This document shows positions 1 through 7,626 of a DNA stretch of 32,000 nt, piece after piece. The stretch is from Nitrosarchaeum sp. Its GTDB lineage: Archaea > Thermoproteota > Nitrososphaeria > Nitrososphaerales > Nitrosopumilaceae. Made by a program: the position numbers and the translations under genes. How positions within the stretch are numbered: the first letter of the stretch is position 1; every line of letters begins with the position of its first letter. The notes under the pieces were generated by a model, which did not search any database, was not told the DNA's origin, and worked only from the letters and a program-made list of their open reading frames with translations. Location of the stretch: assembly GCA_023265135.1 (NCBI GenBank), contig JAHFUM010000001.1:90574-122573 (forward strand). The letters run 5' to 3'.

Positions 1-1
1 A

Positions 2-244
2 CAAGACAAAACGGAGGACATGTTCATAATAATAATAAATGGGATTGAAGCACCATATCAAGAAACTACATCAGATTCAAACTCAAGAACAATAACAATC
101 AATTTTGAAAAAGGCGATTCAGACATTGAAATAATAGGTACTACCATAATTCCAGAATTCGGTACAATTGCAGTTATGATTTTAGCAATAGGGATTATTA
201 CAACAATATTTGTTACAAAAAATAAACTGTATATGCATATTTAG
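2..244 (+). CDS. C-terminal end of a secreted surface protein with a PEFG-CTERM-type sorting/anchor signal (5' end upstream of window)
   Basis: The frame is open from nt 2 to the stop at 242-244. The C-terminus reads ...GTTIIPEFG-TIAVMILAIGIITTIFV-TKNK, i.e. PEFG motif, hydrophobic helix and basic tail. Starting at the ATG at 20 would give a 74-aa product with no signal peptide, so truncation by the window edge is more likely. Confidence 0.55.
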   Translation, partial: QDKTEDMFIIIINGIEAPYQETTSDSNSRTITINFEKGDSDIEIIGTTIIPEFGTIAVMILAIGIITTIFVTKNKLYMHI

Positions 245-251
245 GATTAAA

Positions 252-1409
252 TTAAAAAGAATATTTCTCTTTAAATGGTGAAACCGAACGAAGCTCCGTA
301 GTTACTTTTTTTAAAATGGTTACAGTTTCATCTACTTGTTGTTGATTATTGAACAGTCCAAGAGTCAATCTTAATGAACCGGTAATCTGCTCATGTGAAA
401 ATCCCATAGCCTGTAAAACATGAGATGCTTTTTGTGTATGCACCGAACATGCAGAACCTGTTGATGCAGCTATACCATATTCATCTAATTTTATAATCAG
501 ATCTTCACCAGCGACTCCAAGAAAAGTGAAATGAGCGTTATTTGGTAACCGATTTTCAGCATGACCGTTAAGGACAACGCCCGGAATTTCTCTGAGAATT
601 TTTGTGACGAGATCATCACGTAGTTTTTTCATGTGAGAGATATTTTCAGATAAATTAAGTTTAACAAGTTCACATGCTTTTCCAAATCCCACAATATTTG
701 CTACATTTTCAGTTCCTGAACGTAAACCGTGTTCTTGACCTCCCCCTAAAATAATTGGATCAATGTCAATTCCTGTTCTGAGGTATAATGCCCCAACTCC
801 TTTTGGTCCATTAATTTTATGAGATGATATAGAAAGTAAATCTACACCTAATTTTTTTACATCTATTGGGATTTTTCCTACAGCTTGAACAGCATCTGTA
901 TGAAATGGAATATTTCTATCATTACATAATTTAGTAATTTGAGCAATTGGTTCTATTGTTCCCATCTCATTATTTCCAAACATAATTGAAACAAGACAAG
1001 TGTTATCAGATAAAGTATTTTTCAAAACGGATAGATTCACTACACCCTGACTATCAACAGGCAAATAGATCACATTGAAGCCATCTTTTGCCAATTTTTT
1101 ACATGGTTCTAGTATGGCATCATGCTCAATAGATGAGGTAATTATTTGAGAATGGGGCTTTTTCTCTGCAATTCCGTAAAGAGCGGTATTATTGGATTCA
1201 GTTCCACCGGAAGTAAATAAAATTTCAGCAGGATCTGCATTAATCAATATAGCAATTTGTTTTCTAGCTTTTTCTATAGCTTTATTGGCCAATCTGCCAG
1301 AATGATGAATTGAGGAAGGATTTCCATATTGTTCTTTAAGATATGGCAACATTGCCTCTAAGACTTCTTCATGAATTTGTGTTGATGCTGCATTATCAAG
1401 ATATATCAA
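252..1409 (-). CDS. nifS: Cysteine desulfurase, NifS/IscS family (PLP-dependent)
   Basis: 385 aa. It has the PLP-lysine motif SSHKINGPKG and the active-site Cys loop STGSACS near the C-terminus, both typical of NifS/IscS. It overlaps the larE stop by 4 nt, which suggests translational coupling. Confidence 0.9.
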   Translation of the reverse strand: MIYLDNAASTQIHEEVLEAMLPYLKEQYGNPSSIHHSGRLANKAIEKARKQIAILINADPAEILFTSGGTESNNTALYGIAEKKPHSQIITSSIEHDAILEPCKKLAKDGFNVIYLPVDSQGVVNLSVLKNTLSDNTCLVSIMFGNNEMGTIEPIAQITKLCNDRNIPFHTDAVQAVGKIPIDVKKLGVDLLSISSHKINGPKGVGALYLRTGIDIDPIILGGGQEHGLRSGTENVANIVGFGKACELVKLNLSENISHMKKLRDDLVTKILREIPGVVLNGHAENRLPNNAHFTFLGVAGEDLIIKLDEYGIAASTGSACSVHTQKASHVLQAMGFSHEQITGSLRLTLGLFNNQQQVDETVTILKKVTTELRSVSPFKEKYSF

Positions 1410-2203
1410 TCTGTGATCACATTAATTTTCCCTGGTTTGTATCCATCTGGATCTATTTGAACTGATGAAAATCCAATCAATGTTAATTTACGGGTTATTT
1501 CATCTAAAATATAATCTTCAAAAACAGATACCCGATCTTTATCCACTTCAATTTTAGCAATTCCATTAAGATCTCTAACTCTAACTTGTTTTAAATTTGT
1601 AATTTGTTTAACAATTGTTTCACCTAATTCTATTCGAGTTAATTTTTCAGTAGTAACTCTTTGTCCCCAAGGTATCCTTGATGCTAAACATGAGTTAGAT
1701 GGTTTATCATATACAGATAGTCCTACAAGTTTTGCAGTTTTTCTGATTTCATTTTTTGTAAAATTAGTTTCAACTAGGGGACTCATAATACCATGTATTT
1801 TTAATGCTTCAATTCCAGGCCTATAATCGCCTAAATCGTCCAAATTGGTTCCATCAACAATAAATTTAACATCATGCTCTTTTGCCAGATTAATCAAGTG
1901 ATCACCTAATTCCATTCTGCAGTGAAAACAACGATCAGAAGAATTCTTAGTAAATTCTTCATTTTTAAGCTCATCATAATCTAAAAGAATTTGTCTGATT
2001 CCTATTTCTGAACAAATTTGTTTAGCAGTTTCAAGTTCCTCTTTTGATAACGTTTTGTAGTCAGCAGTAACTGCGATTGCAGAATCTCCCAATTTTTGAA
2101 ATGCGGCATATGCTACAAGAGCACTATCCACTCCACCTGAGAGAGCAATTATCACCTTGTTTTTGTTTCCAAACCAATCAATGAGATTATCAAGTTTAGC
2201 CAT
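1406..2203 (-). CDS. larE: LarE-type ATP-dependent sulfur transferase (PP-loop ATP pyrophosphatase) of NPN cofactor biosynthesis
   Basis: 265 aa. It has the N-terminal PP-loop SGGVDS and the motif PSNSCLASRIPWG, which matches the LarE sulfur-donor Cys region. An additional CFHC pair gives three cysteines: C92, C95 and C172. It overlaps larC by 8 nt and nifS by 4 nt. Confidence 0.8.
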   Translation of the reverse strand: MAKLDNLIDWFGNKNKVIIALSGGVDSALVAYAAFQKLGDSAIAVTADYKTLSKEELETAKQICSEIGIRQILLDYDELKNEEFTKNSSDRCFHCRMELGDHLINLAKEHDVKFIVDGTNLDDLGDYRPGIEALKIHGIMSPLVETNFTKNEIRKTAKLVGLSVYDKPSNSCLASRIPWGQRVTTEKLTRIELGETIVKQITNLKQVRVRDLNGIAKIEVDKDRVSVFEDYILDEITRKLTLIGFSSVQIDPDGYKPGKINVITD

Positions 2204-3428
2204 AATCAGTATCTACCTTTATGATCTCTTTTCTAATCAATGATTCTGTTTCCTTTATGGATTTGTTTAATGTATTTGAAATAGACTTTATGTCATCAAA
2301 TTCAATTTTAAAGTCATTTTTTCCTTTAAAGGATGAAACTTTGTATTTTACTACAAATTCCTTTCCATCAAGAATTAATTTGATATCATGAGTTGTTCTT
2401 GGGACAGTAAAACGATTTGAAGTAGTTACACGAATCCCCAAAGTTCCAGTTTCAATAACTAAAATATCCATGATTTCATACATTGAAGAATCATCACAAA
2501 TTACAGATATGAGATTTGTGGGTCTTCCTTTCTTTGCAATACCATGGTAAATTGAAACGTCTTTGGCACCTTTATTCATGATTTTTTCAATCAAATTTCC
2601 CATGATTTCTCCAGATACATCATCAACATTGGTTTCTAAAATTTTAACAGTATCTAACTGAAAGTTATTTTTTTGTTTACCTTTTACAATCTTTAATACA
2701 TTGGCAAATTTATCAAAGTCTTTTTTTCCTGCACCATACCCAATAGATTCTATCTCCATTGAGGGATAATAATCCATAGAGATTTTTGAGAGATTTACAA
2801 GGATGCTAGCACCTGTAGGAGTAGTTAATTCATCTTTTACTTCACTACCATGAAGCGACAATTTAGAATTTTTCAAGATTTCAAGAATAGCACTTGCCGG
2901 ATTTGACATAGTACCATGAGAAAAAGTTACACTTCCTCCTCCAACAGCAATAGGCATACAAATTATTTCTTCATCAAACATTCCCAAATCATCTACTGCA
3001 ATTGCAATTCCAATAATATCTATCAAAGTATCAATACTAGATGCCTCATGGAAATGAATTGAATCTATAGGCATACCATGAATTTGAGATTCAGAAAAAA
3101 TTAGTGTGTCAATACAAGATTCTGCAAAAACTTTTGCTCTATTGGAAAGGCCGATTTCTTTTGTTGAATTCACAATTGCTTTTTTTATTTCAATGCCTTT
3201 TTTTTCATGAATATTTTCATCGATTTCTAAAAACAGTGTAGTGGCTTCTATGCCATGTTTTTCTATTTTTTTAAAATCAATTTGTTTGATAATGGAATCA
3301 GATAGAAATTTTTCAGATTTTTTAATACCATTAAGAATTTTGACTTTATCAGCACCCAAATCCACCAAAGCACAAAGAAACATATCACCAGATATACCTG
3401 CAATTTGAGGATCTATAACAATAACCAT
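2196..3428 (-). CDS. larC: LarC nickel-insertion protein (DUF111 family, NPN cofactor cyclometallase)
   Basis: 410 aa. The N-terminus MVIVIDPQIAGISGDMFLCALVDLGAD is the hallmark start of DUF111/LarC proteins. An HFHE motif lies in the N-terminal domain. The ORF is single and uninterrupted. Confidence 0.85.
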   Translation of the reverse strand: MVIVIDPQIAGISGDMFLCALVDLGADKVKILNGIKKSEKFLSDSIIKQIDFKKIEKHGIEATTLFLEIDENIHEKKGIEIKKAIVNSTKEIGLSNRAKVFAESCIDTLIFSESQIHGMPIDSIHFHEASSIDTLIDIIGIAIAVDDLGMFDEEIICMPIAVGGGSVTFSHGTMSNPASAILEILKNSKLSLHGSEVKDELTTPTGASILVNLSKISMDYYPSMEIESIGYGAGKKDFDKFANVLKIVKGKQKNNFQLDTVKILETNVDDVSGEIMGNLIEKIMNKGAKDVSIYHGIAKKGRPTNLISVICDDSSMYEIMDILVIETGTLGIRVTTSNRFTVPRTTHDIKLILDGKEFVVKYKVSSFKGKNDFKIEFDDIKSISNTLNKSIKETESLIRKEIIKVDTDYG

Positions 3429-3450
3429 AGATTAAAAATTACCAAAAATG

Positions 3451-3458
3451 CATATAAA
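3451..3458 (-). promoter_or_regulatory. TATA-like box for the larC-larE-nifS operon
   Basis: The minus strand reads TTTATATG about 23-30 nt upstream of the larC ATG at 3428. This spacing implies a leaderless or very short-leader mRNA. Confidence 0.45.
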
Positions 3459-3490
3459 TTCTGTCTAAACGGATAAACAATTTCATTAGA

Positions 3491-3500
3491 TTTAATTATT
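3491..3500 (+). promoter_or_regulatory. TATA-like box for mdh
   Basis: TTTAATTATT lies 21-30 nt upstream of the mdh ATG at 3521, with no Shine-Dalgarno sequence in between. This is consistent with a leaderless transcript. Confidence 0.45.
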
Positions 3501-3520
3501 GAAAATCAGCAGCTCAACTT

Positions 3521-4435
3521 ATGATTACAATAATAGGTTCAGGGAAAGTTGGTGGAGATGCAGCTTTATTCTCAGCATTAAAGCGATTAGATGATCAAAT
3601 ATTACTACTTGATGTGGTAGATGGATTACCACAAGGTGAAGCAATGGATATCAATCACATGTTATCTGAACAAGGAATTGATGTAGAAGTGAAGGGTTCT
3701 AGTAATTTTGCAGACATGAAAGGTTCCAATATAGTAGTAGTAGTAGCAGGTTCTGGAAGAAAACCAGGAATGACAAGGATGGATCTTTTAAAAATTAATA
3801 CGACTATTGTGAAAAGTGTTGTAGAAAATATTAAAAAATATGCCAATGATTCCATGATAATTCCAGTAACAAATCCACTTGATCCGATGGCATACATCAC
3901 TTACAAGGTTTCAGGATTTGATAGAAGTAGAGTATTCGGGATGGGTGGAATGTTAGATTTATCAAGATTTAGGCAATTTATTCACGAAGCCACTGGACAT
4001 TCTCGTGATTCTATCAGAGCACTTGTAATTGGAGAACATGGTGAAAACATGTTACCTCTACCAAGATTCTCGTCAGTTTCAGGAATTCCACTTTCTTCAT
4101 TTCTTCCAAAACAAAAATTAGATGAACTTGTTCAAAACACAAAACAAGTTGCAGCCAAGGTTATAGAATTAAAGGGTGCTACAGTACATGCCCCAGGAAA
4201 TGCAATTTCTGCAATGATTGAATCAGTTGTAAGGGATAGAAAACAAGTGATACCTGTTGCAACATATCTTAATGGAGAATATGGGCACTCAGATGTCACA
4301 ATAGGAGTTCCTGCAGTGATTGGAAAGAACGGTGTTGAAAAAATAATAGAATTAGATCTAAATGCTGAAGAAAAACAGTTGTTCGATACTGGCGTACAAA
4401 GTGTGAAAAGTGCAATTTCAGGAATACAAATCTAA
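3521..4435 (+). CDS. mdh: Malate dehydrogenase (LDH/MDH superfamily, archaeal type)
   Basis: 304 aa. It has the N-terminal Rossmann motif IIGSGKVGG and the substrate loop [15 protein letters not shown], with Arg at the position that distinguishes MDH (Arg) from LDH (Gln). The catalytic segment is IGEHGENM. Confidence 0.9.
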   Translation: MITIIGSGKVGGDAALFSALKRLDDQILLLDVVDGLPQGEAMDINHMLSEQGIDVEVKGSSNFADMKGSNIVVVVAGSGRKPGMTRMDLLKINTTIVKSVVENIKKYANDSMIIPVTNPLDPMAYITYKVSGFDRSRVFGMGGMLDLSRFRQFIHEATGHSRDSIRALVIGEHGENMLPLPRFSSVSGIPLSSFLPKQKLDELVQNTKQVAAKVIELKGATVHAPGNAISAMIESVVRDRKQVIPVATYLNGEYGHSDVTIGVPAVIGKNGVEKIIELDLNAEEKQLFDTGVQSVKSAISGIQI

Positions 4436-4438
4436 GCA

Positions 4439-4445
4439 TTTTTTT
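4439..4445 (+). terminator. Oligo-T tract after mdh
   Basis: A run of about 7 T starts 4 nt after the mdh stop codon. Archaeal termination typically uses oligo-T. The same AT-rich tract could also act as the larB TATA region. Confidence 0.35.
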
Positions 4446-4468
4446 ATTCAAATAAAGATGAAACATTA

Positions 4469-5251
4469 TTGGAAATTCATAAAATTTTAGAGTCTCTGGA
4501 AAAAGGAAAAATTTCAGTAAATAATGCAAAAAAGCTATTGTCCCTATATTCAATTGAAGAGATAGAGGGCATTGCCAAAATTGACATAAACAGAAGAAAG
4601 CGAAGAGGAATACCAGAAGTAATTTTTGCTGAAACTAAAAAATTAGATGAGATTAAAAAAATAATTAAAATAACATTAGAGAAAACAAACTCGGTTGTTG
4701 TTTCAAGAATTAGTAAGAAAGATTATCCTAAAATTTTATTGCTTGCAAAAAAATTAAAAGTGAAAGTCAAAATTGGAAAAAATTCATCGACGTTATTGCT
4801 TTTTAAAAATCCGATAAAATTTGATGGTGGAAAAATAGGTATACTTACGGCCGGAACGTCGGATATAGGAGTTGCCGAAGAATCAAGATTGATGTGTGAA
4901 GCAATGAATTGTAAATGTATCACAAGTTATGATGTTGGCGTTGCTGGAATTCAGAGAATATTTCCCATTTTAAAAAAAATGATAAAGGAAGAAGTAGATT
5001 GCATAATTGTCGCTGCTGGAATGGAAGGAGCTCTAGCAACTTTAGTGTCATCAATGGTGAATATTCCAGTAATTGGAATACCTACATCAGCAGGGTATGG
5101 TTACGGTGGAAAGGGCATAGCAGCTCTTGCATCAATGTTACAAAGTTGCTCATTAGGATTATCAGTGGTCAATATAGATAACGGAATTGCGGCTGGTTCA
5201 ATAGCAGCAAACATTGCAAATAGAGCAGTTCAAAAAAATAGAACAAAATAA
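4469..5251 (+). CDS. larB: LarB (PurE/AIR-carboxylase-like NaAD carboxylase-hydrolase of NPN cofactor biosynthesis)
   Basis: 260 aa with a TTG start. The C-terminal PurE-like domain carries GILTAGTSDIGVAEE and AAGMEGALATLVSSMVNIPVIGIPTSAGYGYGG. An N-terminal extension of about 110 aa is present, as in LarB homologues. Confidence 0.85.
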   Translation: MEIHKILESLEKGKISVNNAKKLLSLYSIEEIEGIAKIDINRRKRRGIPEVIFAETKKLDEIKKIIKITLEKTNSVVVSRISKKDYPKILLLAKKLKVKVKIGKNSSTLLLFKNPIKFDGGKIGILTAGTSDIGVAEESRLMCEAMNCKCITSYDVGVAGIQRIFPILKKMIKEEVDCIIVAAGMEGALATLVSSMVNIPVIGIPTSAGYGYGGKGIAALASMLQSCSLGLSVVNIDNGIAAGSIAANIANRAVQKNRTK

Positions 5252-5329
5252 TACTAATAATTTAGAAGTTTTAGAAAATCATTCAGTTGATTAACCTCGT
5301 AAATCATATATACTATACAAGAACGAATC

Positions 5330-6916
5330 TTGTTAATATTGGCTGGGAAACGAATTGTTCTAACTGCTGATCGTAGTTTAATGACAAATTACAGGGGAAA
5401 TTTTCTGTATGGGTTTATTGCATGTGGACCATATGAAGTACTTCCAGAGTGGGTTTTTGACAAAGTTTTTTGTCCCCCGGTTGAAACAGATCCAATTACA
5501 GGTGAATCAAAAGTTGCACAAGTTGGATTAAGAAGAGTAGAAAGTGCATTATTACAAGGTTATAGACGTGATGAAGTTTTTATTGCAAATCCAGAGATGT
5601 TAGAGAAATCAATTGGTCCAGACACAAAAGTGGTTGGGATCAATGTAATGGATCCTCTTGGAATGGCACCAGTTACAACAACTATGTCACCTGAAAAATT
5701 ATCATATGTAGCAATGAAATTCAAAAAAATGTGTGCTAACATAATTCAATTAAAAAAGAAATATGATTTTCATGTAGTAGTTGGTGGAAACGGCGCATGG
5801 GAATTAGCAAAATCAGATAGAATGCAAATTCATGGAATTGATACGGTTGTAGTCGGGGAAGCAGATGAACTAGCATTGGATTTATTTCATGATTTAGAAA
5901 AGGGGGATGCACCAGAATTAATGCATTGTTTTGTAAAAAACATACAAAATATTCCAATTATCGAAGGACCTACAATAAACTCTCTCATTGAAGCAATGAG
6001 AGGATGTGGAAGAGGATGTGACTTTTGTGATGTAAATAAGAGATCAAAGAAAGATTTACCATTAGAAAGATTACAACATGAAGCAAAGATTAACCTAGAT
6101 TACGGATTTGACTCAGTTTGGTTACATTCTGATGAGATGTTACTTTACGGATGTGATAATAGAGATTTTATTCCAAACAGAGATGCAATTACAGATCTTT
6201 GGAAAGGTCTTAAGGGACTAGGAGCCAATTTTATTGGAACCACCCACATGACATTTTCAGCGGTTGCAGCAGACCCAGAATTAATGCGACAGATTTCAAT
6301 GATTAATAAACAAGATGAAACAGGTAGATGGCTTGCAACAAATTTGGGAATTGAAACAGTTTCACCAAGTATGGTAAAAAAACATCTTGGAGTGAAAACA
6401 AGACCGTTTGCTCCTGAAGAATGGGGTAGTGTGGTTAGAGAGGGAGCAAAAATTTTAAATGAAAATCATTGGTTTCCAGCTGCAACAATTATCATAGGTT
6501 GGCCTGATGAGACTCCAGATGATGTTCAATATACAATAGATATGATGAGTGACTTTAGAGAAATGAACTTCAGAGGATTAGTTGCACCATTACTTTACCA
6601 AGATTTCAGTGAAAAGAATTCCATGCATTTTGGAAACTTGAATGAGGCACAATTTACATTGTTTTGGAAATGTTGGGAAAATAATCTTCGTGTTATCAAT
6701 GATATCATTCCAATTATTCTCAGAAATAAAACATATGGTCCGCCAATGAAAGTTTTCATGTATGGAATTCTAAAAGCTGGCACATGGGCAATCATGAGAT
6801 ATCTACGAGGATTATGCAAGGATCTATTCAATGGACGAACACCTGATGAAATCATAGATAAATATGCTAGAAGCAGATCAGTGTCTGCCCCTAAGATTCA
6901 AACAAAGAAACTATAA
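5330..6916 (+). CDS. Radical SAM protein with N-terminal Rossmann/B12-binding-like domain, function unknown
   Basis: 528 aa with a TTG start. CGRGCDFC (C226, C230, C233) is the CX3CX2C radical-SAM cluster motif. About 200 aa precede it, as in class-B-like radical SAM enzymes. I saw no canonical DxHxxG cobalamin motif. Confidence 0.75.
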   Translation: MLILAGKRIVLTADRSLMTNYRGNFLYGFIACGPYEVLPEWVFDKVFCPPVETDPITGESKVAQVGLRRVESALLQGYRRDEVFIANPEMLEKSIGPDTKVVGINVMDPLGMAPVTTTMSPEKLSYVAMKFKKMCANIIQLKKKYDFHVVVGGNGAWELAKSDRMQIHGIDTVVVGEADELALDLFHDLEKGDAPELMHCFVKNIQNIPIIEGPTINSLIEAMRGCGRGCDFCDVNKRSKKDLPLERLQHEAKINLDYGFDSVWLHSDEMLLYGCDNRDFIPNRDAITDLWKGLKGLGANFIGTTHMTFSAVAADPELMRQISMINKQDETGRWLATNLGIETVSPSMVKKHLGVKTRPFAPEEWGSVVREGAKILNENHWFPAATIIIGWPDETPDDVQYTIDMMSDFREMNFRGLVAPLLYQDFSEKNSMHFGNLNEAQFTLFWKCWENNLRVINDIIPIILRNKTYGPPMKVFMYGILKAGTWAIMRYLRGLCKDLFNGRTPDEIIDKYARSRSVSAPKIQTKKL

Positions 6917-7234
6917 ATTTTTAATGGCTTCATCAGCAATGGTATTTCTTTTTGGAGTTAAAGAAACAAAGTAATTTTTATCTGCCCTTTCGATAGCAGA
7001 AACTTTCTTAAAAGATTTTGAATTTATATCAAATTCATAAATTCCTGATTCAAGTGTACCTTTGGCATAAATCATAAGATATGTATCTCCGGTTGCTGGA
7101 CTGAGTGGAATAAATGCCATAATGTAACCCTTATACGAATTAATAGGCATCGTATTTTTCATGGGTGGAGCTGCAGATGCCATATACATGAAAATGTCTT
7201 CAATAGAATCAAATTCTTCGTATTCTATATTCAT
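6911..7234 (-). CDS. Hypothetical small cytoplasmic protein
   Basis: 107-aa ORF with an ATG start. A TATA-like TTATTATATT lies about 30 nt upstream on the minus strand. I recognise no motif. It is convergent with the radical SAM gene and overlaps it by 6 nt. Confidence 0.4.
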   Translation of the reverse strand: MNIEYEEFDSIEDIFMYMASAAPPMKNTMPINSYKGYIMAFIPLSPATGDTYLMIYAKGTLESGIYEFDINSKSFKKVSAIERADKNYFVSLTPKRNTIADEAIKNL

Positions 7235-7600
7235 TGAATATAGCGGTTTGTTTCAATATAATAACTTAGGGTAACATTCTATAAAATTAAAGAAAACATA
7301 CATTATTTTTTGAAATTCACGATAAGTTTTTTATGATTTTAAAAACTATACACACCAAATAATATAATAGCAATAACAAATGCTATTTGACCAATTTCTC
7401 AATATCCAAAAACACAGGAGGAAAAAGACCAAAAATCAAGACATTACGCATATTTTTAAACCTGATTAAAATTCCAGAAGGAACCATCTCATGATGATTC
7501 CTTCTAGGTTGTTGGCGTGCAAACCAATTATTTTCATAAAAAGAATCTCTTACATTAAATGTTTGGTTAAAGAATAATCAAATTTGAGCAGGAAAAGAAG

Positions 7601-7626
7601 ATAGAAAAAATAAAACTATAGAAAAA
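7601..7626 (-). terminator. Oligo-T termination tract after the TSP3-repeat gene
   Basis: Immediately after the stop codon the minus strand reads TTTTTC-TATAGTTTTA-TTTTTTCTAT, giving T5, T4 and T6 runs. Confidence 0.5.

Noticed and set aside
20-244. Stand-alone 74-aa gene starting at the ATG at 20, with GGAGG just upstream.
   Set aside because: The GGAGG is only 2 nt from the ATG. The product would have a C-terminal sorting signal but no signal peptide, and the frame stays open to the window edge. A truncated larger gene is therefore more likely, though this is not certain.
3655-6855. Short ORFs of 60-86 aa overlapping mdh, larB and the radical SAM gene: 3655-3900, 4296-4553, 4723-4923, 4999-5181, 5560-5742, 5736-5957 and 6595-6855.
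   Set aside because: All lie inside, or antisense to, well-supported genes. They have no motifs, and their composition is typical of off-frame translation.
7491-7497. ATGATGA (C-box-like) in the 7235-7626 intergenic region, a possible C/D box sRNA.
   Set aside because: No CTGA D box or C'/D' pair occurs at the expected 50-70 nt distance on that strand. The heptamer sits in the loop of the inverted repeat.
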